DNA from: Camelus dromedarius
Lineage: Eukaryota
Direction: 5' to 3'
NCBI RefSeq assembly: GCF_036321535.1
Contig: NC_087472.1
Span: 95,048,001-95,112,000 of the forward strand
DNA length: 64,000 bases
Position numbers and translations under genes: made by a program. Under the pieces are notes generated by a model. It had not been told where the DNA came from, ran no database searches, and saw nothing but the letters and a program-made list of their open reading frames with translations. Below are positions 38,913 to 52,030 of the stretch, piece after piece (positions within the stretch are counted from its first letter, which is position 1; each line of letters begins with the position of its first letter).

Positions 38913-39984
38913 ATTACAGGCTATTCCCATCTTGTGTGCTTTTGAACATTTTTTTTTAATTTGCCGTAAAATTTCTACAAGCCCTCCCTTCCAGAATCAA
39001 TAATGCAACTTTAAAAGTGATAACATATTTACACTGCTCATAATTTCATTTTTTTTAATTTGGAAAAACCTAAAAAACCCACCAGAGCATAAACTGGAAT
39101 AACTTTTTGCCTCAGCAAAAACATTAGATACCTGGAAAATGAGGAGATAGCAAGAATGTACAACTAAGATTTAAGAGTGGCAAAGCATATCTGAAAAATT
39201 CAAAACAGAAATAAAAAGAGAAACCAGCAGAAAATAATTAAAACCCCATGCTGGAAGCAGTCACTGTAAATTAAAAATCAAGAATAATCCTCACACGAGT
39301 GTGTACACACACACACACGCTTCCCTCCCTCCTTGGGGAAGAGGGCAGGGGATCATTAGAAAGCATAAAAACAACCATAAATTCTACTCCAAAGGGAAAT
39401 CATTAGTTTAGCTTGCTCTGGTTTATAGAAAAATCTACCTGTAATTAAATAATTGAGTGAGACCAGGATCTCTCAAGGTATAAAAGAATGAATATTGCCT
39501 CTTGGAATTATGCTTGGAGACTTTAAACATGATCGAATGCTAATATTGTTACACACAAGATTGATGTTGAAGTTAAAGGGGACTTTCATTATAATGAAGG
39601 GGAAGTGGGCAGAGCTAATACCAGATGTACAGCTAAAGTTTCTTGGTAACACGGTGACATTGATGTTAAAAGAAGAGCATGCATTTCAGTGATACGGAAA
39701 CCTTAGTACCCCAAGTTTGGGAGGAAGTAAAGGAGGCATACAAAAATGCTTCAGGATGTCAGAAAACCTGGATGATGATAGCAAGATGCAACCCAACTTC
39801 CTAACTGTATGACTACAATGTCTTAAGGAGATGGGGTTTCAGGCTTGAGGGAGAGGACACATAAAGTTGTGCTGAGGCAGAGAGGGGAGAGAAATTCTGT
39901 AAGGGAAAAGATGCAAACTTGGAATAACTAAGATGGAAGTGCACAAAAGGACTCCTGTTACTTTATGTTTTAGATCACATTAGT

Positions 39985-41960
39985 ATGGTGTATTTGTTAC
40001 AAGTAATTAACCAACGTTGATACATGGTTATTAACTGAAGTCCATAATCTTTCAGATTCCCTTAGTTTTCAGCTAACATTGTTTTTTGGTCTATTTGTGT
40101 TTTTTTGGTGTTGCTTTTATTCCCAGGGTACTACATTATATTTCATCGTCATGTCTTTTTAGGTTCTTTGTGGCTGTAAGAATTGATCAGAGAGTCCTTG
40201 TTTTTATTACCTTAATAATTTGAGGACTATCAGTCAGGTCTTTTGTGAATTTCACTCAGTCAGGATTTGTGTGATGTGTTTCTCATGATTAGACTGGAGT
40301 TAGGTGTTTTGAGGAGGAAGTCCATAAAGATAAATGCCATGTTTCTTCATATCGATGTGACTTATCACTGTTGCTGTTGCCCTTGATTGCATGATTGAGG
40401 TAGTATTTGTTAGGTTTTCTCCACTGGATAATTACTCTTTGCCTCTCCTTTCCATTCTGTACTTAATTTTTGGAAAGAACTCATTATGCTATGCCCAGCC
40501 CACAGCTAGGGAGTGGGGAATTACGTTGTGTCTCCTTGAGGGCAGAGTATCTACATGAGTTATTTGAAATTCTTGGGCAATTTGCCGACTTCCCCCCATT
40601 TAATTATTTATTTAATCTGTTATTTATAAATGTATAGATTCGTGGTTGTTTCTTTGTTTTAGCTTAAAATCTGATGTCTCTTTATTTTGTTACTGAAAAT
40701 TTTCCATTTTTGGCTATTGGGAGTTCTTTCAGTTGGATCCTCTATCCCTTTGACAAACCTTCATTAGCCTAAGGAGTTTTATTGCTTCCTTATGTTTCAG
40801 CATTACAAAATGCGCTAGGCACATCTTGCATATTTCCTGCCTCAGTCCTAGAACCAGCCATTTCCCCAAGGAGCATTGATTGCTTTTCTTGCAAGAAGGT
40901 ATGAGAAACTAAGATCCAAACATTAGGTGTACCTGTTGAACTTAAATTGCTTAGGCCCTCTCAGCTGACAAAGCAAAGGAATATATATATATGTCTATTA
41001 ATGAATATAAATACACCTGTCTAAGCTAAACATGAGCTCAGACTGATGTCTTGAACTCTCATTACTACATGAACCATTCTAGCCTCTTCCCTTGCTTATC
41101 TGTAATTTCCCACTGCACTCTGCTTTATCTATCAATCATTGAAACGTGGCTCTCCCTGTGACTCATTTACTTAATTGTTCACTCCAGTATATGTGTGTAG
41201 CAGTATCAGAATGGATAACCTTTACCCTCTGGGGAACAGTGTTATCAACTAGAGTATTGTATTTATGTACAGTTTCTTTTGCCTTTAGTCTTACAGATTA
41301 GACTCATTTCCAAAGTTACAGAAGTCACCCCCTTTTGCCCCATCCTCTTCAGTGTATTTATTTCATACACTTGTAATAGAGTTAGATTGTTTTATTACAT
41401 TATAGGATTCCAATTGCAGCAAATGTTGCATATCTAGAATAAATTCCACTTGCCTGAAGTTTATAATTATTTTTATGCATTTTTGTTAGATTTTCTAGTA
41501 TTTTGTTGAAGATATTTGCTTCTGTATTCATGAGAAATAATGGTCTATAGTTTTCTTTATTTTTAACATCTTTGTCTAGTTTTGGTAATGGGGTAATGTG
41601 GGCCTCATGGAATGAGTTAGGAAGCATTCCCTCAGCTTCTGTTATGTGGAAGAGGTTGTAGAGAATTAATATCATTTCTTTAAAGTTTGGGAGAATTCAT
41701 CAGTGAAATTATCTGGGCATGTTGTTTTCTTTTTTGAAAGGTTATTAACTATTGACTCAATTTTCATAGATACAGACCTTGTCAGATTATCTATTTCTCC
41801 TTGTGTGAGATTTGGTAGGTTATGTCGTTCAAGGAATTGGTCCATGTCAGCTAAATTATCAAATTTGTAAGCATGGAGTTGTTTGTAGTATTCTTTATTA
41901 TCCTTTTAAGCACCATGAGATCAGTAATGATGACCTTTCTTTCATTTCTGAAATTGTTAA
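39985..41960 (-). mobile_element. L1MC-type 3'UTR joined to an ORF2 fragment
   Basis: ORF 41400..41675 (EGMLPNSFHEAHITPLPK..KENYRP) plus long antisense L1MC-like 3'UTR. Confidence 0.8.
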
Positions 41961-41974
41961 ATTATGACTGTACA

Positions 41975-42565
41975 CTAATTTTAAAAAGATACATATACCC
42001 CACTGTTCATAGCAGCATTATTTATAACAGCCAAGGTATGGAAGCTACCTCAGTACCCCTTAACAGATGAATAGTTAAAGAAGATGTAGTACATACATAT
42101 ACAATGAAATATTACTTAGCTATAAAAAAGAATGAAATTTTGCCATTTGCAACAACATAGATGGACCTGGAGGGTGTTATGCTTGATGAAATAAGTCAGA
42201 CAGAGAAAGAAAAATACTGTATGTTACCACTTTTACATGGAATCTAAAAAATGAAACAAATGAATAAATACAACAAAAGAGAAACAGACTTACAGGTAGA
42301 GGGAACAAACTACTGGTTACCAGTAGGGAGAGGGAAGGTGGGAGGGGCAAGATAGGGGTAGCAGATTAAGAGATATAAACTACTATGTATTAAGTAAATA
42401 AGCTACAAGGATATATTATACAGCACAGGGAATATAGCCAATATTTTATAATACCTTTAAATGGAGAATAATATATAAAAATATTGTGCCCTTGAATCTC
42501 TGTGTTGTATACCTGAAACTAATATAGCATTGTTAATCAACTATACTTCAATTAAAATAAACAAA
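41975..42565 (+). mobile_element. L1MA-type 3' end
   Basis: tgttcatagcagcattatttataacagccaag..gccatttgcaacaacat..caactatacttcaattaaaa. Confidence 0.9.
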
Positions 42566-42611
42566 CATAAGAAGTTATATGTCAAAAATGATATATGCTA
42601 TGGATTAAATA

Positions 42612-42745
42612 GGGTGGTACTTCTCAAACTCTAAAGTGCATATTAATGAACTGGAGATCTTTAGAAATGGATTCTAATTTTAGTAGGTCTTTGTGGGGGC
42701 CTCGGATTGTGCATTTCTAAGAAATCCCCAAGTTATACCACCTGA
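42612..42745. mobile_element. MER5-like hAT fragment
   Basis: ttctcaaact..agtaggtct..tgcatttctaa. Confidence 0.7.
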
Positions 42746-43212
42746 CATTGTCTTCATCAAAGGGGACCCAGGAGTATTAAGAACGGGCTAAGATGAAAAG
42801 ACAGTAAATTAATAATACTAAGAGAAAATGAAATAATCAAAATAAGGAAAGCTGTGGAGGAAACCAGAAAGGGAAGAGTAAAATTAAAACATTAGAAGGT
42901 GGAAAGTAGGATTGGCAATGCAAAAAATTGGTGTAGAGGATAAGGTATCCATGTTCTCTGAAAAAAAACAAGTCAGAAAAAAATGAAAGTTGCAAAAAAA
43001 AAAAAGAGAAATGATTGATATGAAAATTGTAGTGTAAAGCATTAATCTATAAATAATTGGAATTTCTAAAGAAGAAATGAAGACAAATGGAAGAAAGGCA
43101 AAAACCTTGTTTGAAATCCTGATTTTTTTCCCATTATTCTCAGGTGGAGGGAACAATGCTTATTATCACTACTGCAAATACAGTCAGTTGAAAAAAAAAA
43201 AAAAGAAGTCTA

Positions 43213-43758
43213 TGTTGGTCAGAGAATCGTGTAACAGTTATCAATCCCAAAAGTGTAGACCATCATGCATCAGTTACCAACTTTAGGGGAAACCTCTAAA
43301 CACTTCTGCCCGTTGCATCTTGGTATTAGAATTATCAAGGAAAACAACAGTCAAGCACTAGATGGAACAACACTTTACTTACATAGAGAAGAGACAGCCA
43401 GGTCAGTTTCAACGGTGGGCATCAGTCCCCCATGGCGAGCAAGTCTCTCCTGGTGGGCCCTTCACTTATGCGCACCCCTCTGGTGCTGCAGTGGAAGGAA
43501 CCCTGTCCCCTCCCTTCAGAGGACAGATGTAACAGAGGGGTTGGCCAGGTGCCACGTGTCGCACACAGTTTCCGCAGAAACAAAAGAGTACTCATCCAGT
43601 CTGAAACAAGAAAAGATAATCCCACACAAGGTGATAGAGTCCACACAGCTTGTGTCCAGTTTATCTCTTGGTAAGGAAGTGTTCCAGGCCCGAGGCCCAT
43701 TCTCTTGCAGCTGAGTGGAGGTAGAAAGAATACATGGAGGAGACTGTCTTTCCTAATA
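43213..43758 (-). mobile_element. Solo ERVL-class LTR
   Basis: TG...TA (decayed CA) ends with exact 5-bp TSD GTCTA at 43208-43212 / 43759-43763. Confidence 0.85.
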
Positions 43759-44998
43759 GTCTAAATATTGAAAAAGAGAAGACAGGACAAGAGTCATTGT
43801 ATATTTTCATTATGTACTTAGAATATTTATGAGAAAAAATGTAAAATGCTTGAAAAATTAGAAAATGAAATATAGCTGCTGGCTATTAATATCAAATCAG
43901 CAACTTTGATGCATTCAACAAAAAGACCATTAAAATATATAAATGAAAAGATTAATTTTAAATAGTAGTCCATTGGTTGTGATGCTTACAATCTATTGGT
44001 GGTGATGGTTCAATATATTTAATACCACTGAACTATATATGTAAAAGTGGATAAGATAGTTTTATTTTTTAATGTATTTTATCACAATAAAAATTTTAAA
44101 AAATACCAAATTATAATATCATACATCAAGAAATAAACTTATCAAGAAAAATATAAGACGTGTACAAAAAACCTAAAATTCTATTGAAAGATATTTAAAT
44201 ATTTAGGTAAATTGAAAATACTGAGTTCCTGTGTGTAAGAATCTAAATAGCAAATATGTGTATTCTTATTTAAAATACAAGCATATTAAAATTAAGACAA
44301 CCACATGATTTATTATTTTAACTTAATATAAAACATTCCTGGAAAAGATATCATTCAAGAATATGCTGCATACATATGAAGAATAAGATAAATAAGGCAA
44401 AAAATGATTTTGTTAGCTTAGAGGCAGACTGATCAGTGGGACAGGAAATACAGCCCAGAATGCCATATACCTAGGACTTTCTTTTCTATCCAAGATCCAA
44501 GTGTCTATTTATTTTTTATTTTTTTTCCCAAGTGTCTATTTAAATAGGGGGATTCATCCCATATACATGTAGTTTAACAATTTATGTTTTGGGTTTTGTT
44601 GCTTCGGTCTCACTTTATGTTTACAAATAATTTTATTTTTCTTTGTTCTTTTCCTAACTTTTGCTTGATTGACTACATTACTGTTGATTGTATTTATTTC
44701 CTTTGTCAATAGGGTGTTATACTGGCTCTTATCATCGTTCTATTAGTATTAACTTCCTGCCTCTTACACTCACAGTCAAGTATCTATTTATCTTAAGCCA
44801 AAAGAAAATGCTGACCTTGTTTCTTGATCTTACCCCCTACTCCGGTAAGATGAAACATTTTGAACATTTTTACTTCCTTCTCTGCTCTGTACTCCCGCAA
44901 CCTGCTCAGAATGCCTTTATTTGACTTGTTTCTTGTTCCACTCACTCCAAGGTTTTAGTCAGATAGTCATGTGTCAAGAGTACTATGATTAGTCTCTT

Positions 44999-45358
44999 AT
45001 TTTATTTATTTATTTATTTTTATTGAAGTACAGTCAGTTACAATGTGTCAGTTTCTGGTGTACAGCGTAATGTCCCAGCCATGCATATATATATACATAT
45101 GTTTTCATATTCTTCTTCATTAAAGTTTATTACAAGATATTGACTATAGTTCCCTGTGCTATACAGAAGAAATTTGTTTTTTATCCATTTTTATATATAG
45201 TAGTTAATTGAAAATCTCAAATTCCCAAGTTGATCCTGTCCCACCCTTTTCCCCCTGGTAACCATAAGATTGTTTACTATGTCTGCGGGTCTGTTTCTGT
45301 TTTGTGTATAAGTTCATTAGTATTCTTTTTTTTTCTTTTTTTAAGATTCCACACATGA
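44999..45358 (-). mobile_element. 5'-truncated L1 3'UTR
   Basis: TSD GATTAGTCTCTT 44987-44998 / 45359-45370; (TTTA)n tail. Confidence 0.92.
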
Positions 45359-46399
45359 GATTAGTCTCTTCTTTGCAACATTTATCTCTTCCAAGAATCA
45401 TTACTTAGTATTGGCATTTCAAATCTTCATTCCCAGTACCACAATACAATTTTAGATACAAAAATGGCTAGGTCATGCATTTTTACTCTTTATTGTTTCC
45501 TTGCCTCTATCTCACTCCCTGTTTTGAAGGCTCTGTTCTGATTTACTTGTAGTTTGGTTAGAATAATCTCTCTAGTAGTTTCCTGAGATAAGGTAAATAG
45601 GTAATATGTTCCATGATTTTCTATATAACCACAGATATCCATTGCTCATCCTGAGAAGTGAATTACATCAAGCTAAGTGTAAATTTTTTTAAATGCAATC
45701 ATATTTTTTTCTTCAGCATTCTGCAAATACTGTTTCCCTGTCTGAAAAGTTTCCAGATTGTGTATGAGATGTCTTACTGATAATCTGGTCCATTTTCCTT
45801 TTAAGTAACCTGTCTTTATTTCTAGAAACTTGTAAATTTTAATTTTCTCAAGTTGAACTTAGGAATTTTACCTAAATGTATGTCATTTTCCATCAGTTCT
45901 CCATGAAAGTTACTGAGCCCTTTGAGTCTACAGACATCTTTTTTTCATAGTAAGGAAATTTTCCTTGACATTGTTCCTCTATTTTAATTTTTCTGAAAAT
46001 CATGTGTATTTATATTTTGTACTGTCTTTTGACCCCTGTCATCTTTCAGATCAATAGTAGCCTCTCAAGAGTGACCATTTCCTCTTCTCCAGTTTATTTA
46101 CTGAATTTTAAAATTGAGGCACACTGTTATCTTTTTTTAGTTCCAAAACTGTTTTTCTTTGGAATGCTACAATTGAATTTTCTTAACATGATTATAAATT
46201 TTATGTCAGCAGAGCTCTTGTCAGCTGCTCTATTTCAATAGAAGTCACCTTATAAGGTGCCCTGCTTGTTCTTCCAGTTTGGTTCCTGGGTTCACTTAAG
46301 CCTGTTGCTGTTTGCTTTTGCCTACATAGTGCTCTGTTCATCCTGTGTTGTCACATCAAGCTGTTAAGCAAATATGGCTGCCAGACTGAATGCAAATTT

Positions 46400-48060
46400 C
46401 AGAACTAATTCTAATGATAATAACAATATAGTTTCAAATCACACATTATATCAATAGATAGCAAAAAGTGGATAGAACAAGAAATGGAAGTAAAAGGGTA
46501 TTACAATTTTTGTTTTACAAAGGCCTGATCTCAAAGAAACCATGCATCTTTGACTTTGATAATTAGAGAAATATACTCAAGTATATTATTAAACAATCAT
46601 AAATGTAACAACTAGTATGAACAAATGCAATATTTTAAGGTCACTGTTGAAAATAAGAATAAACAAAGGCAGTCTGTTCAGGTGGACATAAGACACAAAA
46701 TTGAAATACCAAAAGATACTTGAAAAAACAGTAAATCATTATCGTTTGCAGGTGACAGTTTAGCACCTAGAAATACAAACTAATAAAAAAAATGCTTATA
46801 CTGGATTTGAATAAATCAGGAGATTTCCAGTTTAATTTCAATAATCTGTAAGTTATAAGAAGGAAAAAAGATTCCTTACAGAGTAGCAAACACTAAATCA
46901 AACAGCATGAGAACAATGACAGCAGCGTAAACAACCACAAAAATAACAAATGCTATGCCAAAGAATTTTCTAACGGTAAAAAGAATTGGGATCTAAAGAA
47001 GTCTTTGAATAACATGAATAAAATTTTGCTGATAAAAATAAAAAGATTTGTTGCTTAGTGTCAAGATAAACTGTAGTTGATTCTTGATAAAATAATTTCC
47101 TGCTTTAATTTAATCCCCATCACAATTCATTTAGGGAAGCTCATGCATGAATGCAGATGCAAAAAATCCCAAGCAAAATATTAGGAAACCATATCATATA
47201 GAGATCAAATTAATTATAATACAGTGTAACCAAAATGGGTATATTGCAAGATTGCAACGATAGCTTTACATTAGAGTGTATATAAAGACCATTCTCCACA
47301 GTAGCAGATGAAGGGAGAAAAATCAATATTTTTACCTCATAATGCAGAAAAATCTGGTAAAATTCAGCACCCTTTGATGATAGGTACTCAGTAAACTGGA
47401 AATATAACCGAACTTGACAAACAGAAATCAACCAAAAAACTTGAGGAAACATCCTTTGTAATGAAAACAGTTGGAAGCTTTTTTTTTTTTTTTTTAGCAT
47501 TCAAGAAGGCCAGTTATACTGTCAGCCAGTGAGAATTTATACAAATATTATAAATAATAAAAATTTAGCAAGTTGGCTTGCTGTAAGATCAATATAAACC
47601 TGAAAAAGATAAAAGCATAATTTAATAGAATTCATTCTTTATAATGACGATAACTATGAGATTTATAGGAAAAAATAACAAAATGGGTACTAAGATGTAA
47701 ATATGAAAAAGCAATACTGAAAATCTTTAGAAAAGAAGGCAGACTTATGTATTTCTGACCTTGGCATAAGGAAATAATTTACTAAGATAAGCACAAATAA
47801 GTGTGCTCAATTCAACCAAATCAAAATTAAGAATTTTTCTCAATGAAAAAGTGAGGAAAGTGAAAAGGAAATAGAAGTAACAGAAAAAAGAAAGCCTTAA
47901 CACGTAGTTTGGTAACCGCTAGTCTTTAGAATGGATGGAGAAAACCTACTAACCACGAGAAAATAAACAAATACCCCCCCTTCCCCTCAATAAAAATAAA
48001 ACACAGGTACAGGCATTTCACAATTATGGCCAATACATCCTACATAATCAGCAAAATTAA
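46400..48060 (+). mobile_element. Degraded old L1M ORF2 fragments
   Basis: atgaatgcagatgcaaaaaatccc..aaaatattagg; aaattcagcaccc. Confidence 0.6.
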
Positions 48061-48071
48061 AATTAAGACCA

Positions 48072-48590
48072 TATCTTAACCTGAGCTCCCCCAAAAGCTA
48101 CTACTTTAAAAGAGCACACAGTCCCACGGAGCAGGACTAGGGGATAAGCACAGTGAAACAAGGAGGAAAGAGAGCCAAGATGAGGGTGTACTTATGTCCT
48201 GGGTGCAGCTAAATGAGACTGATTTTCCTATAAGATTGTGTTCTGAGAAGGTGTTTAATTACATCTCATGTCAGTGCGACTTGGAGGAGAGCACTGGGGA
48301 GTGGAAAAATGTACCCTCCATTTTCTGTATTCCCTAGTCAGAGTTCATCCCATGGAGCATATGCATGGCCATAGAGCAGAGTTTCATAGCATCCTACATC
48401 TTGGTATCAACTTAGAATCCCTAGGCTTAGCAAGGGCATGGGGGCAAAGTGCTATTATTTTTGTGCCTGCTTGAAAAGGCTAGAAAGCTACACTGGTTTT
48501 GCTGCACCTGGAACAAGAGATGGTGAGGTTGAGAGAATCTAAAATGGTTCATAAGAAGTATGTGATAAAGTCACTGGGTACCACTGTATA
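48072..48590 (-). mobile_element. ERVL LTR (LTR16/33-like)
   Basis: tatcttaacctgagctcccccaaaagc matches the antisense end of this LTR group. Confidence 0.45.
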
Positions 48591-48769
48591 CCTGTTGTAT
48601 TTGCTGAAATTAAGTCTGGTTACATCAGTTGCTGGAAAGGATGTAAAACAAAGGTGTTATACATTGCTGGTAGGTATCACATTACATATGTTTAAAAGGA
48701 TGGATACTAATCAAAAAAGAAAAAATAATATTTCCTGGTCCAAAAAAGGAAAGAAACCTGCCATCTTTT

Positions 48770-49397
48770 AGAGTAACTTTTTTTTTTTTAACACAACTTG
48801 GATTTGTAAATTCTTTCTCTGTTTCTTTGAGATGTAGATAAATCTTTTTAAAACCTAAATAAGCCTCTTTAAAGCTTTACAATCCAGGATATCTTTCTCT
48901 AAGACTTGGGAGCCATGTGTTGGAAATGTAATCATCAAAGAAGAGAGCGTCCCTGTCTCCCATTCTCTGTGGGAGCCTAGGAGCCTCACTTCAGCAGGGG
49001 CTTTGCTCAAAAATTACCTCCTGTAATAAAGATATGAGAAATTTATTTTTCCTTTGGATAAAACCAATTAGCTAACACAGATGGTCACCCGAACTACCAA
49101 GTGAATTTAGGATGAACCATGTGTGACAAATGTTGCTGTCAAGTTCTCTTACCTGCAGACTGGTTGTTTTTCTCTCTTGAGAATGTAAATGTAATGGATT
49201 GTATCTACTTGGCTATAGAAAAGGGTGAGATTTCTTTCTGTTTTTGCAACCTCTTTAGCAGATTGCCTGTGATGCATATCAGATTCTGCCTTCGTGCTTA
49301 TACAATAATAAAACTGTTTTCTTTCTCTTCTGTCTTTATTGCAGAGGCTCGCTGGATTGGCAGATTTTTTTCGTTTTTAGATTGCACTTCCCCATCA
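48770..49397 (+). mobile_element. ERV1 LTR (MER34B/C-like)
   Basis: gaaatgtaatcatcaaag..ccaattagctaacacagatgg; AATAAA at ~49306; ends cttccccatca. Confidence 0.75.
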
Positions 49398-49654
49398 TGT
49401 TTTTATTTTGGGTTTGGATTTTAAGTTCATGAGTATTCATTATATTATGATTTATAACTTACAAATACACATATATTCTTTTGAATATATCAAATATTTT
49501 AAAGCATAGTATATCAAATATTTTTACTCTGTTCAAAAATATCTTAAAAGTGAAAGACAGCCAGTTGGTAAATGTTCACAACAAATGTAGAAAGTTAAGT
49601 TCTGATAAGCTTAACACATAAAGTTTGTATAAATTAATATTTAAGATGTGCTAC

Positions 49655-49813
49655 TAGGCTGTCTTAGGACATGACCTTGGTGGGATGCAGCACCCTTTGG
49701 CCTCTACCATTGCCATGGTTGGAAGAACTTAGATGTGAAGTGTCAACAGCCAACACTCCCAGCCACTGAATGAGTTTCAGTTCTAAAGAGGGATCTGTGG
49801 GGGTGTAACTACA
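49655..49813 (-). mobile_element. LTR33-like fragment
   Basis: gtcaacagccaacactcccagc..gggatctg..ctaca. Confidence 0.5.
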
Positions 49814-50051
49814 TCTTTTTCCTGATAACATAGCAAACTGACTTAGGTCTTTATCACTCAGATTCATCTTAGAACATGTCACAGAAACAAGGGCAATGGG
49901 ACAGAAAAACTAACCTAAGAAAGGGCATGTTAGTAATGATATAAAACTGAAATTAAAGACAAAGGAGAAAAGTAATGCAAATAGAATCAAAATGACCAAA
50001 AAAATCCAAATATGACAGTATTTGAATAGAGGTAAATATGTTTTCTTAGAG

Positions 50052-50532
50052 TTTTTTTTTTAATTGAAGTATAGTTACAGTGTGTCAATTTCTGGTGTAC
50101 AGCATAATGTCCCATTCATGCATACATATACACAAAATCATTTACATATTCTTTTGCATTAAAGTTTATTACAAGATATTGAATATAGTTCCCTGTGCTA
50201 AACAGAAGAAATTTGTTTCTTTATCCATTTTTATGTGTAGTAGTTAACCTTTACAAATCTCAAACTCCCAGATTTGTCCCTTTCTACCTGCTTTCCCCCG
50301 GTAACCATAATATTGTTTACTATGTCTGTGAATCTGTTTCTGTTTTGTAGATGAGTTCATTAGTGTCCTCTTTTTTCTTTTCTTTTTTAGATTCCACATA
50401 TGAGTGATATATGATATTTTTCTTTCTCTTTCTGGCTTACTTCACTTAGAATGATCATCTCCAGGTCCATCCATGTTGCTCCAAATTGCATCATTGTATT
50501 CTTTTCTTTGATGGCTGGGTAGTATTCCATTA
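50052..50532 (-). mobile_element. L1 3' end
   Basis: ORF 50387..50587 ends [30 protein letters not shown]. Confidence 0.92.
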
Positions 50533-50678
50533 TGTACAATAGCACTATATACCCAATGTTCATAAAAGTGTATTTAAATAACAGCAAATTCAGTAAATAA
50601 GTGTCAGGTGTGGATTGGAGTCAAGAGATTCAACATGAGCCCTGAAATCCAGCAGTGGTTAAAAAAAAAAAGGGGGGG

Positions 50679-51842
50679 ATTTATGTTTTGTTTTTGTTTT
50701 TTGTTTTTTTTTACATTCCACATATGAGCGATCTCACATGGTATTTTTCTTTCTCTTTCTGGCTTACTTCACTTAGAATGACATTCTCCAGGAACATCCA
50801 TGTTGCTGCAAATGGTGTTATGTTGTTGGTTTTTATGGCTGAGTAGTATTCCACTGTATAAATATACCACCACTTCTTTATCCAGTTATCTGTTGTTGGA
50901 CATTTAGGCTGTTTCCATGTCTTGGCTATTGTAAATAATGCTGCTATGAACATTAGGATGCAGGTGTCATTTTGAAGTAGCGTTCCTTCTGGATATATGC
51001 CCAGGAGTGGGATTCCTGGGTCATATGATAAGTCTATTCCTAGTCTTTTGAGGAATCTCCATACTGTTTTCCACAGTGGCTGCACCAAACTGCATTGCCA
51101 CCAGCAGTGTAGGAGGGTTCCCTTTTCTCCACATCCTCTCCAGCGTTTGTCATTTGTGGACTTTTGAATGACGGCCATTCTGACTGGTGTGAGGTGATAC
51201 CTCATTGTAGTTTTGATTTGCATTTCTCTAATAATTAGTGATATTGAGGATTTTTTTCTTGTGCCTATTGATCATTTGTATGTCTTCCTTGGAGAATTGC
51301 TTGTTTAGGTCTTCTGCCCATTTTTGGATTGTGTTGTTTGGTTGTTTCTTATTAAGTCATATGAGCTGCTTATATATTCTGGAGATCAAGGCTTTGTCGG
51401 TTTCATTTGCAAAAATTTTCTCCCATTCCGTAGTTTGTCTTTTTGTTTTACTTCTGGTTTCCTTTGCTGTGCAGAAGCTTGTAAGTTTCATTAGGTCCCA
51501 TTTGTTTATTCTTGCTTTTATTTCTACTGCTTGCATAGACTGCCCTAGGAGAACAAATACAAAACAGAAACAGACTCATAGACATAGATTACAAACTTGT
51601 GGTTGCCAAGGGGCAGGGGGGTGGGAAGGGACAGACTGGGATTTCAAAATGCATAATAGATAAACAAGATTATACTGTATAGCACAGGGAAATATATACA
51701 AGATTTTATGGTAGCTCACTGTGAAAAAAATGTGACAATGAATATATGTATGTTCATGTATAACTGAAAAATTGTGCTCTACACTGGAATTTGACACAAC
51801 GTTGTAAAATGACTGTAATTAAATAAAAAAAAAGTTTGGGGG
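50679..51842 (+). mobile_element. Young L1 with 5' inversion: antisense 50679-51554, sense 3'UTR 51555-51836
   Basis: Minus-strand ORF2 (50711..51223) abuts plus-strand 3'UTR; the two halves are contiguous relative to the L1 at 1-1372. Confidence 0.92.
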
Positions 51843-52030
51843 AAAAAAAGGAGGAAAGCAGAAAGCATGCTCATTCCAACTGCAGACATATTAGAAATTA
51901 GAAAGTTCTTTCTCATGGGAAAACTCCAATCTGCTCCTCTTTGTGCAAAGAACTCAACCTCTACTTGCTGATCCTAGTTCTACCTTTCACCTAGTAGGCT
52001 TATATATAATAAAAAATTCTGATGTTATAA

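Noticed and set aside
43265..43714. 149-aa ORF and overlapping ORFs
   Set aside because: Entirely within a TSD-bounded solo LTR.
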